A DNA stretch of 64,000 bases from Camelus ferus (GCF_009834535.1 NC_045697.1:76882001-76946000); one strand, 5' to 3'. Shown: positions 24,005 to 37,950, numbered from the stretch's first letter. Made by a program: numbers and translations. The notes: generated by a model not told the origin, from the letters alone.

Positions 24005-26040
24005 AAATGCAACTCTGTAATAAGTGAAACAATCCAGAAAAATAGACTTCTAGTGTTACAAAATATCAAGTAAAAAATCTTTATTACGTGCTAAAATTTC
24101 TTACAGTACTCCAAAATAGAGAGGAAGATAATGAACAGAAACAAAATAAAAGAAAATATAAAATACATTCTAGATGAAAAAAGAAAATGGCAAGAATGTC
24201 GTAAAAAGTATTCTCTACTATATGAGGCTTTAAATCTAAAGATACTCTTACAAGTCCAACTGAGTATATTACTCAAGTGGCTCTTACTACAATCTAACCT
24301 AATGTTTCTAATGCTAATAGTGGGGATTCTGGTGACAATTTTTAGAAGAAATAAAATATATAATTTATAAAATGAGTCAGTTCTCACTTTTCTTCATTCT
24401 AGAGACATGCATGAGAACACCAAAGTGTGATGGAGAATCCTCTGCTTCCACTTCTCTCACCATCAGCACCAGCTCATCATCCTTTGCTGGGTCCTTCCCT
24501 CCACTGCACTAGCTCCCCTCAGGCTTTCTTCTAAACAAATACAATGGCTAACAGTTAAGTAATGGGATAGTATGAAGCAGGGTGTGCAGTACAGAATAGA
24601 TGAGTGAAAAAGAAAGAGCTATGGAAAGCATTCACTGTGAAGAAAAGGATCAGGAAAAGTACCTAATCTTAGGTATTCCAAATTCATAAGGCAGGGTTCT
24701 GAATCTGGGGGTGGAATGATTGCTGGTTTGCTGTATTATCAACATTGGGAACTAGTGTAGCATTTTGAAAGTGAGGAGTGGAATCCTCAAGAACAGAAGA
24801 AATATTGGTAGGCTAACTGAGAGGGCCATGAAAGGAAGTCATCAGAAACAAACAGAACAAGCTACATAAAATAACGCAATCAGAACAAAGAGACTGGTAG
24901 CAAAGTAGGAATTAAAATTGATTACCAAAGTATAAATGGAAATAAATAGTTAAAATCATGCACTTTCAAAGTGGTCAAAGTGTCAAATAACAAAAAAAAA
25001 TTGTGAATAAACCAATTTATCTTAGAATTTGTAAATTAAAAACAAACAAAAAGACATCAGGCTGGAGTGGGAAGAGTGTAATAAAATCACGACTACAGTT
25101 TAAACACAAGGGTTAAAATCCATGTTGGTTGTTCTAACTAAAGAAATTTACATTGTTTTTCTTAACTTAGGGTCAAGATGTGTCCATGAATAAGTAAAGG
25201 TCTAAGTGAAAGTGTAATTCTGATGCTCATCTCAGAGCTCCCTGAAAATTGAGCATATGTGTAAAGTCAAAGAGAAGAAAAGAACAGCTTGTTGGTTCAT
25301 TTTTAGAAATGTTTGAATCACTAAAATGAAGTCAAACAAACATTTTAAGTTATGTTTATAAATAGAGCAAACTATTAGAAGAAAGTAAAACTGCTTTGGA
25401 AATTGGCCATAATTAACCTAAAATAATAAATATTATCATGAGTTTATGTTAGTCAGTTTTAAGGATGCAGAAGGCAAATTGTCTTCAAATTGAAGGTAAA
25501 GGAAAGCAGAGGAGATGTCTGCTTATTTCATATTTTTTTAATCTAAGTTTGCCTTGCTGCAGTTGATCATGGATAAGCCACCTCCGCCCAAAAGTTCCCT
25601 TGTGACCAGGCTCTGTCCATCTGCACAATTTAACACATTTGCTCTAATTACTGCAAGAGTGGCTTATTGTTGGTCCAACAGACAGCCTGTGAGCCAGAGG
25701 TCAGCAGGAAGAGCTGTATGACCCAACCACTGGCCCCAAGGGACAGCCAGTGACCTGTTGGCCTGACCTGTAAGTGAGGAAAGAACTAAAAATTCTCATT
25801 GGGATTCACTGTTTTTCAAACTCTGCATTTCAAAAAAGTTTTTATGTAAGTGTACCCCCAAATCCTTTTACCATTCTGCATACTATATAAGTGGCTGATT
25901 TCCTTTCATTACAATAAATCATTTTATTATATAAACTTAAATATTGTTAGACTCTGGACATTTTATGCAATAGATGAGAAATATTTATAATATTTTACAT
26001 ATTTCAACTCCTTTATATGGTTTGCAACTAGAGCATGTTT

Positions 26041-26235
26041 AGTGCTTCTCAATTAGGGTAATTTTGCCCCCGGGGGATATTTGAAAAACTCTGGAAACAT
26101 TGCTTCTCATGAATGAAGGGTGCTACTGGCTTCTAGTGGTTAGAGGCCAAGGACTTCTGCTAAACATTTTACCATGCACAGCCCTTCCAAAACAAAGAAT
26201 ACCCAATCCAAAATGTCAATAGAGACAATGTAGTT
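26041..26235. mobile_element. MER20 (hAT-Charlie)
   Basis: 'agtgcttctcaattagggtaattttgccccc...gggtgctactggcttctagtggttagaggccaagga...caaagaatacccaatccaaaatgtcaatag'. Confidence 0.85.
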
Positions 26236-26624
26236 CTAGTTGACAGAAAATCATATTAGTTCTTGTTATCTGATTTGCCTTACAATATGGTAAATCAATT
26301 CTCTTTTTCTTTAGCCCTAACTATCTATATCAAGTAATAGTTTATCATACCTATAACAGAATTACCTGGATTGATGTTTAAATATAAGCTTCCTGAACTC
26401 TTGACACTGAATTCGCATTGTTCGGGAAGGGATAAGGGAATTTGTATGTATAGCCAGACCCTACTGCTCCTGCACTCTAAATTTTAAAATCAAATATTTT
26501 CTCCGTTTTATATAATAATTTCTTTTCCACACAAATTCCAAGAGTTATGGTCCATTTCCTTACACAATTCAGAAAAAAAAATCATTATTCCAGTTACTAC
26601 ATTAATATTAATATTTTAAAGTTA

Positions 26625-26745
26625 TACTGAAGCTAGAAAAGTTGTTGGAGTTCACTTATAAAACTTATTTTATAGATGGGAAAATTAAGATGAGAAGTGC
26701 CTGAGGTCACAGACCAGTTAGTGACCTAACTAGGGATCTTATGTT
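26625..26745 (-). mobile_element. MIR fragment
   Basis: 'ttttatagatgggaaaattaagatgagaagtgcctgaggtcacagaccagttagtga'. Confidence 0.65.
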
Positions 26746-27527
26746 AACCAGGATAAAGTATGAAGAAGTTGTTCACTTCAAACCTCAGGTAACAGGTACC
26801 ATTTTAGTGAACCTTCTCTCTATAGGGCCCTGAAGTTTCCTAGTGGAATCTGCTAGTCATTCCAATACTTTTGTCCAAGACTGCACATGGGGTCAGGAAA
26901 GCAATGTTGAATAGAGAACTTTGAAAAGCACTTGAGAACACTTTTAAGACACTACAGAATTCAGTTCAAATTAGCATAACATAGCGCAGTTGATATAAAC
27001 AAAGGCAATTGAAGATATAGCAAAGGAAAGGTATATTAGGAGAGGCTTCTTGTAGAAGGTGAGTCTTTAATCAGAGTCTGAAAGATGAACAGGAGAGAAA
27101 TTAACTAGGAAGTGGTAGAAGATATTTTTATTCAAGGACTGGTATAAGCAAAAGCCCCAAATTAGAAATTAGCAAATCAAATTGAGAAGATTGCAAATAG
27201 TTTTAGGTTTCTGGACCAGGGAGACCATATTGTTGCGGAATCGGAGATGAATTTGTTGAGATTAGCAAGGCAATGGATAGAAGGGAAAAGAATTGTCAAA
27301 AACCTCTAAGTGCCAAGCTGTATGGATTCTCAGGACACCTGCAATTACTATATATCACCCTGTTTTGTTTCCAACATGGTACTTATTATTCCATGAAATG
27401 ATCGTATTTATTTGTTTACTTGACTTTGTTGGCCTCCCAAAGTGCAATGCAAATTCAATGCACTGAGAGTTTGGATTGCAATGAGGAATGTCTAGAATCG
27501 AGGAGACCACTTTAATATGAGTTGGCC

Positions 27528-28195
27528 TGTGAAAGCTATGGAAATCAGAATGGGCATGACTAAAAAGAATTAGATGAAAGCATCAAGTTTACTGCACTCA
27601 GTTTGTGTGCCCTCATCCCCTCCTCCCACCCACCACCCAATCTGAACATTGCTCTCTGGCCAGAGCAGCCTCAGCAGCCACAATTCCAGAGGTCTTGGAG
27701 CCAGATCAGTGCCACAGCTGATGCACCTGCTCAGATGCAGTGGCCCCTCAAGGCCCTGTCTGACAGAGACTGGCTGGACCAAAGTCACAGGGAACTTGGT
27801 ATCACGGTGACTGCCTGGAAATGTCAGTGACACAACCTGGAAGGGCAGAGGAATTAGTACCCTGCTCCCTGGGGGTGTGAAATTTAATTTTAACTAATTT
27901 TAAAGAAGGGAGCCAGTGGATAGATTCTTCTCTATTCCTCTCCCTAAGAGACTATTCTGACATGCAGTAGCTCATATGTCCTCTCAGATGATGACCCATG
28001 AGACTGAGCAATTTTTGGGAAGCTTGTTAGAAAGCTGTGGCCAGGATGGAAATGCACCCCCTTGTACCTTCCACGCTACCTGCCTTGCTCTGCTTTTCCC
28101 CTCACTTCTGCTTCCCTGCACTTGCACTCCACAGTAAAACGCTAACATGTAAGCCTCTCACTCAGGCTGTTTCCTGGCCATCCTTGGCTAAGACA
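27528..28195 (+). mobile_element. ERVL solo LTR (LTR16/LTR50-like)
   Basis: 3' end 'cccctcacttctgcttccctgcacttgcactccacagtaaaacg...ctcaggctgtttcctggccatccttggctaagaca' typical of the LTR16 group; 5' boundary uncertain. Confidence 0.7.
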
Positions 28196-29068
28196 AAAGG
28201 TATCCTATCTAGTAAATGAAATGCAACCCAAGCACTTAGCTGTATTGATTTCCAGTCTATTTGAGTAAATCCAGCAAGGCTTAGAGATGTGTAAAATGTT
28301 ATTAAGTTGGTGGCATTCACTTTAAATTACCGGTCCATCAGCCTAAAATTATTTCCACCAGATACTGTTGCCTTTGCTACAGCTATGTAGCAATCAGTTC
28401 TGCAGAGTGTTTTGTTTATACCACTGGAGGATATGCAAGACGGGATATGAAAGAACTAAGGGTGAGAGAGAGGTGGGCTAGCGACATACAGAAGGGAAGC
28501 AGTGGGGAAATTGAAGTAGACTAATTGCAGAAGATCAACTATGTCCCCTTTGCAGGAAATTCTGCTACGAGTGCTGCACAGCAGCCTTTGGAAGCCTAAA
28601 CAGCATAAATGGCTAAAGGTGTTTTCTGATGAATAAGGCTTTACTTCCTTGGCAGGTAACCGAAGTCTGACTTTGGGAACAGGAACACCTGGAAGCCAGC
28701 TCAGCTCTTGAACTACTCCAAATTCCTCATATCGGGTTCATTATGAGAAGCCACCTGTGTCTCTGTTCATCAAATCCTACCAGTTTCTGGTTCTGATCTG
28801 TTGCAATACACCAAAGAGTCATTTCTAATTATAAAAGTAAAATAAATAACTCATGGGGATTTCCTGACCCTTCAGCTTAGAGCCAAAGTGAAATTGATGA
28901 GCCAAAGTCTATGTTGATGATCACAGAATTGCAAATTGCTTCAACACTTCTGCTAAGTAATTACCTAATCCAAGTAGTAAAACCTAAGTAATATGGATTC
29001 ATGAGTGGTACAGCTCAGTTTTAATTAGTGAAAATTATGAATTGCAAAATGTTTTCTTAGGAAATGCT

Positions 29069-29457
29069 TGTGGAAGAGAATGCTCTGTATTCACCAAACT
29101 CTGTTTTCTTTTTTCTTGGGCACATAATGGAATGTGGACAGAAGTAATATGGACCGCTTTTAGCCCTGGCTTATACAAAACGCCCTCTATGCAAATCCTC
29201 CATGATTTTGCTCTTTCCTTAGCCACTGTGTGATAAGAAAGGAAGACAAGGCCCTGAAGGGATGTTAGCCCAGGGACAATGAAAGGATCCTGAATTCTTG
29301 AATGAATGAAAGTAGAGACATCTCTTCCACCCCTACACTTCCATTCCCCAGATTGGAATATGACCTGAGCAAGAAATACAATTTTTCATGTTAAGAGATT
29401 GGATTTGGGGCAAATTGTCAGTTAAAACAGTGAGCCTACTGTGACTAGTTCGATACA
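29069..29457 (+). mobile_element. MaLR solo LTR (MLT1J-like)
   Basis: 'tgtggaagagaatgctctgtattcaccaaact...aatggaatgtggacagaagtaat...gagcaagaaatacaatttttcatgttaag...gataca'. Confidence 0.75.
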
Positions 29458-32400
29458 GTTTTAGATTTGTAATTTAACCTAGATTAACAACATTCATTTA
29501 ATCATTTACTTAACAAGGATTATTCATCTTATTCATTCATCTATTCAACAGGTCTTTAGGAATCATGTTTTAATGAGTAATTGTGCAAATCAGTTTCTCT
29601 AAATGGTTCTACCTCATATGTGGATGCTTTTTGTTCTCTTAAATATTTTAAGCATTTCCACAACAACTTGGTTTATGATATTATCAATATGAAACTTTCA
29701 GCCCAGTCTCTATGTGCATAATCACAATTAGGTCCTGTTTGATAGACTAGCATTTTCCTGCTCTTTAATAATTCATTTCTTACTAAGGCTGATTGGATGG
29801 CTTAGAGAAATAGGATCCCTGAACCCTTTAGTTCCACTTCATTCTGTGGTTTTAGACTCCATACCTGAACTAAGAGAGGCATCTTTCAAACGTTTGCAAT
29901 AAAAACTAGAAAAACAACGTATGATGGTAGTCATGTAACACCGTCTGCAGCTAGAACAAGACTGTACATTCTCTGAATTAACGAAAATAAGAATTCAAGT
30001 ATATACATTAAGTTTAGCTTAATTTCAATAATTAATAAACAAGAAACAGCAACTTTAAAAAACTTTAAAGTTTCATAACTTTCAAGCAGAACATGTACAG
30101 TTGTCACAAAGCCACTATGCATTAGGCTGAGTCAGAAAACAACTTCTCAACTCTAACAACAGTCCCCAAACAGGGTCATCTCTAATAATTTCCAACCATC
30201 AGCATAAAAAAAGAAAACCAAGAAAACATGAAGAAAAATTAAAGTTAAAGCATAGGCGTTAATTTTAAAGATCTTTAAAGGGAATTTCAAATACTCTGTT
30301 AAAAAAATAACAAAGATTAGTAGTCACAATATTGTAAAAAACTAGTGAGAAAAATTACAATTCACGGTAAGTATATGTTATTTCCATAATGTTCGAAATT
30401 TTAAACGTAAATTTAATGTAGTATAAACATTGTGTTAACACAGGGTTGCTACTAGAAGAGGGCTTGTACATGAACAGCCCTCTTCTCGTGACTACATGCA
30501 TGTTACTCAATATTGGTGTTTCTTGAACTGAAGCATCTTCAGCATCTGAAAGCATCTGGAATTTCAACATTAATACTTCTGATTTCTTAGGCCTTTGCTT
30601 TAAAAAGATGACAATTTTCATTTTAGATTTCCATTTTCACTTTTTAAAAACTTGGGACAACAAATGAAATTAGATAAAATTTTCTGTTTAACAAGTGACA
30701 CACATAGTACCTGAATTTCAAATCAGTGCAGTTCAAATCAATGTGAGCTATCTATGAGTGTGTGAAAGTGTGTGTATTTTTAGTCACAACTTACAAGATA
30801 AGCTAAAGGTATTCAGTGGCATATTCCAGATTCCCCAACGGACAACAAACATATTTCATTTGGCATGTCTGTTAGATCAATTATCCCAATCTCCTTCCTT
30901 CCATCATTATGCTTCAAAAAACTCTATGCTTTCCTTTTAAATACAGCTGGGACTCATTAGCTCCTTTCTGCCAATCTAACTATCATTCTGTCACTTTTCC
31001 TTCTTTCTCTTTATGTCCTCGACCAAGTAAGTGTCATTTTCCTGCTTTCATTTTGGCTGGGAACTCAACTGAATCAGCTTTCCAACAAATCTGGTGTGTA
31101 GAATTCCAATCTTCCCTATTACTTTTGGCTCACAAATAAAAACAATTAAGCCATCTTCTAGTGGTGCTCTGACTCTGCTGTTTATTTGGGTTCCGCATTC
31201 AGAGTTGGAACAGGTGCCATTTCTTCCTAGGGCCTAAACATCAAAATATTTGTGAAATGGGCTTTGCACTCTACTGATCTGTATCAAGTCAGTCACAGTG
31301 AAGCATATTTCCAATGAAAATATTTCCTGGTGCTGTGAGAACACAAGTCTTATTAAGGCTCTAATTGTCTCTCTTGGCCCTTGTTTTTGTCTCTGAAAAG
31401 TAATGTCAAGTAATGATCTAATTAATATGAATCAAATATGCAAATTATAGCTTGTGACAAATGGCTTTTTCCAAGAATTCTTAATTCCTTCTTTTTAATT
31501 GCTGAGTGATATTAGACATTTCTACTGAATTTGATATATCTGACAGTGTCCTTTCATTCCAGTGAGTGACTGGGAAATCCGCAAGAATAAAGTTATTTAT
31601 AAGTAGTAGGAAAGTATTACATAAATAATGCACCTCTGAAATTGGAAAATGAATTTTAATCAAACTTCTATTAAATGGATATGTTTAATGAAGTCTGTTA
31701 GTAATTTTTTTAAACAAATATACTCCTCTTGAATTTCATAAACTGGAAGGAAAATGAAAACTTTGCCCTGTTAGACAAAAGTTTGTAAGGGCAACAAAAA
31801 AACCCTATAGGAATTTGTATAACATCTTAAGTAGGTTTAAATAATCCTTGAAATTGAACCAGAAGTACATTTTATAAAACTCATCTTTCTCTCTCAAGAG
31901 TCCCATTCAAGATAACATGTGTGCAAATCCTAGCCAATATATGGCTGCAAAGTGAGGCAGGGGACACATCAAGAGTGGAGCCAAGGTTTCCCTGAGTTAT
32001 GCCCCATAACTCCTCTATATTTTCGATCACTAATTCCACCTATGGAGCACTAAATAAAGTCTTTTTGCCCACAGCCTTACTGAATGGATGAACAAGTTTG
32101 AGAACATTCAAGAAAAACAAATATTTATTGTATCAGGCACTGTTCTAAAAATGTATCATCATAATGTTTTTAGCATTTTAAGAAAAGTGTCAGTATAATT
32201 ATGTTTGTAAGGATAACTGACGTGATGAGATTTTACCCTGTCCTCTACTTTCTAAGGCCAGCTTCTCTTCTTTTTCTCTCTCCCTCCTACTTTCCTTTTG
32301 AGACATATTTAATGTACATTAGCTTGGAGCTGGGCACCCTGTGGACAACATGGATACAGGCTCTGACAGTCTCGTAGAAAAGGCCATCACTGAAAAAGCA

Positions 32401-33589
32401 GAAGTGAAAGAAGTCAAAGATATTGTGGAGCAAATAACAGAGGGAGCTCTCTACAGTGACACAACTCACCAACAATTTCAGATAGATGGGGATGGAAGGT
32501 TGACGGATGATTTCTAGAACTAGAGAAACAATTTAGACAAAACTGTTCATCTTGCCCTCCATTCATATATATCCTCAACTCTTTAATCCGGTCAGCTTGG
32601 GCAGACAGAGCACGGAGTAACAGCAACTAGCCAAGCTTTCAGATTGCCATTTCTGAGGATACCAAGAAAGATGAACTAGGAATTGAGAATCCAACTCTCC
32701 CACAGTGGTTCATCATTTCTTCAGAAGGAGGCTCTGCATCTTGATGAAATATTAAATGAATCATGACCATCCCTTGGCCAGTATTGTTTCCCAGGTTATT
32801 GTGAAATTTCAGTGATATCCCTCTGAACTCTCCCTCCACATTCTTGCTTTCTATCCTGGTTTTAAAATGTTGAGGATTTTAAGTAAATTTACTACAGCCC
32901 TCTCACCATCATGACTGAAGAAATACTACCAAATAAATTAATTAAAGAGCAAAAGCAAGTACCAGTAAGAGTGGGCCTTTTTGCTGGTTCACTTTGCAAA
33001 TGCAACATAGTTCTCTTGCTTTGCAGTTTCTCTATAAATTAAGGTTCTTTCTTTTAGTTACAAATAGGAAGAGATAATTATTTTATCATGCCAACGCATT
33101 TCACTTCATGCAGCTTACACACAAACAATGCTCAGTCATAAATGAGTCACACATTTATATTTTTATTTATAGTATATCTTTTGCTGAAATCAAAATATAC
33201 CTATGAAGTTCTAGTTCCTGTTGACATATAATGACTCTCAGGAGCTGTTATATATCATATTAAAGTTTCCTTGCAGGGGATGCTTTTTCAGGGCTGTGCC
33301 AAAAGTTTAATCTGGAACCAGACAAAACTAAACCAAGCTGTGATCCAAACTACTCTAAATTTTGACTCAGAAAGCATTACAAGCTTATAAAATAAATGAA
33401 ATATTAACCATTGTGGAGAGAATCAAGTATTTTTATAAACTATATTTCTTTAAATCTCTTGATAACCTCTTGATAAGAATTCGTTGGAATGTCCAAGCTT
33501 GCCCTTCTCCATCCCCACACCTGGGGTGCTGAGCCCTGCCCTGGGGACCTCTCACCTGCACTACTGCATGTGTCTTAGGCTACTCTTCC

Positions 33590-34150
33590 CCAAGTTCTCC
33601 CTCATTGTACCATTCTAAAAGCCACCTCGCTAAAAATCTGACAATGTCATCCTCCTTTTTAAAAGCCTTCATGTGCTTCCCACTCCGTAAGGGATACATT
33701 TTAATTCTTTAACTTGGCATAAATTTCCTTATACAAATTTATTCCTACATTACCTCTCCAGCCTCATCTACTATTCCACTTCATCCACTCAGCCTGTCAA
33801 GCTACACGCAACACCTCACTTCTGCCCATATGTGCTCCTTGGTAAATCCTGTCCTGTACATGCTGTTTACTTTCCTTAAAATTTCCTTTCCCTCCATTCT
33901 CAGCCTTCTCTGATTTAGCCGGGAATAATTAGCAACATTGTCACAGTAATCTGTTCACCTTTATTATAACACTTACTCACATTCGTCTATATTCCCACCT
34001 CCATCACTTGTTGTAGCCTTAATACTCTTTGAGTGCAAAGACCATGTCTTGATTATCCTAATGTGAGTGCATATATACCCATATCTCTATCTATAGCCAC
34101 CTATCACCTACCTGATGCTTAATATACTCAATGACAGCTGGAAAATGAAT
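33590..34150 (+). mobile_element. L2 LINE 3' portion
   Basis: 'aaaatctgacaatgtcatcctcctttttaaaagccttcatgtgcttcccact...ctctttgagtgcaaagaccatgtctt'. Confidence 0.75.
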
Positions 34151-35054
34151 TTTCTCAATGCATACTTAGACTGAGCTGAATCATTTTGGCTAAGTTGTTC
34201 AGATTCTACTACAGCTCCAGGGATTTTAACTGAGACTAAATAGTCCAAATTAATCTAACAACTTGTTTCCATCATAATATAATGAAGCATAGCTTTTCTT
34301 CAACTAATTTATTTGGATTTATTTTTAAAAGTTTACCTAAAGTCATATGAATGTTTTTCCCCTTCCAAAAGGGGAAGAAACAAAAAAGACAAAAAAAATT
34401 TTTTTAATTTTCTTATTACAGAGCAATGTCTCTTTGCAATACATTGTTATACTAATATTGTCTAATTAACCACAACTTACAGTATTCAATATTTAAAATT
34501 CTATGACTTATTTGAAAATAATGTAGCTTCATATATTCATCTATATCAAAGTATATTATATATGAATTAACCTCCATATTAATTGTGCAAATCAATAAAA
34601 TAAATTTTAAAATAAAAAGTTTGGTGTTTCTAGCTATGAACATTAGTTCAAAGGAAAATAAATGTCATAGAACTAATCTGAACAGAAGGTGTATTCCATA
34701 ACATTTTCTAAATCAATACTTTATTTTCCACAGGAAAAAATGCAGGTAAGGAGGAAATTAAACAGTGTTCTATTTTTTTTTTGTTGTTGATATTTTATTT
34801 ATTAGGGAGAAGAAACAATTCCTTAATAGGAAAGATGAAAATTACAGATAAAATTTTGCATATATGCTAAAAAGTGTAGTTCTTAAAATAGGAAATCCAC
34901 ACCAGGTCCTTCTAAAAACATTTTATAATAAGTCTTCACAAGCTGTTTTGTTTAGTTAAAGTAGAGAGCTGAATTTACTACAGTTCATTGCAGGCTATGA
35001 AATTCGCATCTTTTTTAGGTGTTTCAAAACCCATATCCAGTGAGAATTCTTGCT

Positions 35055-35260
35055 ACTGCCAGGGGTTGGGAAGAAGGGGAAATGGGGTGATATTGGTCAA
35101 GGGGTACAATGTTTCAGTTATGCAAGATGAATAATTTCTGGAGATCTGATGTACAACATGGTGACAATAATTAACAATACTGTATTGTATACTTGTAATT
35201 TGCTAAGAGGATAGATCTTAAAATAAAATCTTCTCAACACTCACACATGACTATGCTGAG
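35055..35260 (+). mobile_element. L1 3' UTR fragment (L1MA8/9-like)
   Basis: 'ggtcaaggggtacaatgtttcagttatgcaagatgaataatttctggagatctgatgtacaacatggtgac...aatttgctaagaggatagatctta'. Confidence 0.85.
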
Positions 35261-35459
35261 GTCACGAAAATAAAGATAGTTTCCCCTCAAGGGATTAGAA
35301 TCTGACAAAACAGCTCCAGGCATTTGAAGGCCTAATATGTCCTTCAGGGTCCCTGAAGCTTCAGTGCTGGAAGCCAGAGTCTATGTAGGGACTGAGCAGC
35401 TGAGCTCACTGAGAACATTCTCTGGTACTTAAACCTCCCTTTGCTTCTCTCTGCAACCA

Positions 35460-35750
35460 CTGTTCAGCAAATACTTATTGTGTGAGGCCTGTGCTAAGGG
35501 GTGGGAATTAAAAACAGTAAACAATATAGTTACAGTGTTTGCCATCAAAAAGTTCATAGTCTAGCAGAGGAAATAGATACGTAAAGAAGTAAATACAATA
35601 AAATGTGATAAAATCGAATAGAGGATGAACAGGGCACTCGGTAAGGACACAGCACCAAGGGGTGGGAGCAGAGGGTAGGAAAGCCATCCCTGAGGCAGTA
35701 AGTAATGCCTAAGTTGGGACCTGGAGATGAATCTGATCGATTTAAGCCTT
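35460..35750 (-). mobile_element. L2 fragment
   Basis: 'ttcagcaaatacttattgtgtgaggcctgtgctaagggg...gccatcaaaaagttcatagtctag'. Confidence 0.65.
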
Positions 35751-35825
35751 TCTACAAATCCATGTCCTGACCACAATCTGATCCTACTTGCCTCCTGTAG
35801 GTCTAAGTGTCCTGCCTGCAGGACC

Positions 35826-35860
35826 ATAATCCATCTTGATTATAATCCATCTTGATTATA
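35826..35860. repeat. 16-bp tandem duplication
   Basis: ATAATCCATCTTGATT twice, perfect, plus ATA. Confidence 0.9.
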
Positions 35861-36621
35861 CCACTTTGCCACAAACTATTTCAATTCTCCAACTAATGAC
35901 TGGACTTCTTTTGGTCCTATTAGAACACTAAAATCTAGAAGCCCTCTCTGAGACCAACACTTAAGAGTTTTCTGTTGTTTTTAATGCAATTCAGTTGAGT
36001 AAACAGCATCCCTGCATTTCTTAAGGCTGAAAGTAGCAATACAGTGTTTTGTGGGCCTTGAAATCAGCCATCCCTCCTCCTGTAAAGCACTCACTGTACC
36101 TACACTGAAAAGGAAAATAAATCAAATCTATATAGTGGAAAGATCATTATGAGGTAAACAGTAAACATGACTGGTCAACAATCTACAAACACAAGATATT
36201 ATGAAAATACTTAAAATAAAATGTCATTCTTAGGCACTGAAAATGCCTTAGGTTGTAAATAAACATTCTACCTAGTAGCTTTCAATGTGGAAAAGCTTGA
36301 TCCTTAAGAAGGTACTGCTAGAAGTTGCTGGGGTTCTTAAAATTGAACATGGTAAAAACCATGCAGTGAGATGAGAGATTTTTTTTTTAATAAAATAAAT
36401 GTCCTTCTTTTAGTTCTATCTAACTGATATATTACAGGAAATACTATTTTGAGTATATTAATAAGTTGCATTAAAGAAATATATAATTGTATTTAAGGGC
36501 ATGCAAAGTTACACTCTTTTTTAGTAAGAAATTTGAAGTGATTGTTTCCATACAAGCCTCTTCTATGACCCAAACGACAAGCCAAAGCTAGCAAAAATAT
36601 TGATGCAAAAACTTTCAATTA

Positions 36622-37125
36622 CAGATCTTCCTTGATGTACGATGGGGGTTATGTACTGCTAAAACCATGGTAAAGTGAAAATATCATGAGCTGACAATGC
36701 ACTAATACACCTAACAGACTGAACATCACAGCATAGCCTCACCTACCTTAAATGTGCTCAGAACACTACAGTAGCCTACAGTTGGGTAAAATCATCTAAC
36801 ACAAAGCCTATTTTATAAAAACGTGTTGAATATCTTGTGTAATTTACTGAATTCTGTATTGAAAGTGAAAAACAGGATGGCTGTGTGGGTGCATAATGGT
36901 TGTAAGTCTGTCAGTAGTTTACCCTGTTGAACACGTGCCTGACTGGGAGCTGTGGCTGCTGACACCATCAAGCATCTCAAGAGAGTATCATATACATATG
37001 ACTAGCCCAGAAAAAGATCAAAATTCAAAGTTCAGATCCCAGTTTTTACTGAATGTGTATTGCTTTTGCACCATCATAAAGTCAAAAATCGTTAAGTTGA
37101 ACCATCATAAGTCAGGGATCATCTG
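36622..37125. mobile_element. Tigger5/MER47-family non-autonomous element
   Basis: TA|CAGATCTTCCTTGATGTACGATGGGGGTTA...aaatgtgctcagaacactaca...AACCATCATAAGTCAGGGATCATCTG, with terminal inverted repeats. Confidence 0.88.
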
Positions 37126-37465
37126 AATAGAAATTCTCATGGAGGAAGAACTCACTTTGTTACCAAAAATGACAATAGTTACAGTAGGTTTTAAATAAAT
37201 CATTTACAAACTCAAAAATATAATTATTGTCAGATACAATTCTTGCATATACTGAATAGCTTAAATTTTCTAATTTCATAAGTTTTAAAGCTAGATGCTG
37301 AGAGAGGTGCTAGAACTTGTAAAACATAACCCTTGGGCCACTTTCTAAATTCTGTCCATAGACTACAAGTAAAAATTTATCACCCCTGAGTCTCTGACGT
37401 TTATGAGAAATGAATACAGTTCTGCACCTAAAAATGTTAAAACCCTGCAAATCACAAGTAACAAG

Positions 37466-37950
37466 TGAGATCACAAGAACTAAAATTAAGGCCCAATATT
37501 ACAAGCTGCCCTGACATTTGGTGAAACTGGGAGGGCCTCAAGTGGTCTAATTGCAAGCTCCCCTCCCCACCCTGCTCCCACAGGTAAAGTCCCCTAGCCA
37601 GCAACCCTTTTTATCAAGGGGACCCTACTTATCCATGAGCAGAGGGTTTCAGTTCCCTGTCAGTCTATAGAATTTTTCAAGCAAGCCAATCATATCCTCC
37701 ATGGGAACCAAGGGCACCCCACCCTCTTGATACTATGAAGTCTGCCTCTCACAGCCTTTGGTTATGCAAACTCTGTGTGACCTGGCATAGCATGTGGTGT
37801 CCTCCTCCCCCAGCTATGAGAATATGTGACTAGGAAACTGTTGTCCATTGCCTCTGTCCAATGTCAGGTGTTGTGAGTTCAGCCATCCCTGTAAATCTAG
37901 GGCAGGAATCCTTCCTTCACCAATGGGGTGGAAAGGAAGCAAGTAAAATA
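37466..37950 (+). mobile_element. ERVL solo LTR (MER73/MER74-like)
   Basis: TG start, CCAAT box ('agccaatcatatcc'), 3' 'gggcaggaatccttccttcaccaatggggtg...taaaata'; 5-bp TSD ACAAG/ACAAC. Confidence 0.72.

Noticed and set aside
30355..30621. 88-aa - strand ORF with a thrice-repeated AGCATCT motif
   Set aside because: No recognisable homology or convincing splice sites; consistent with chance.
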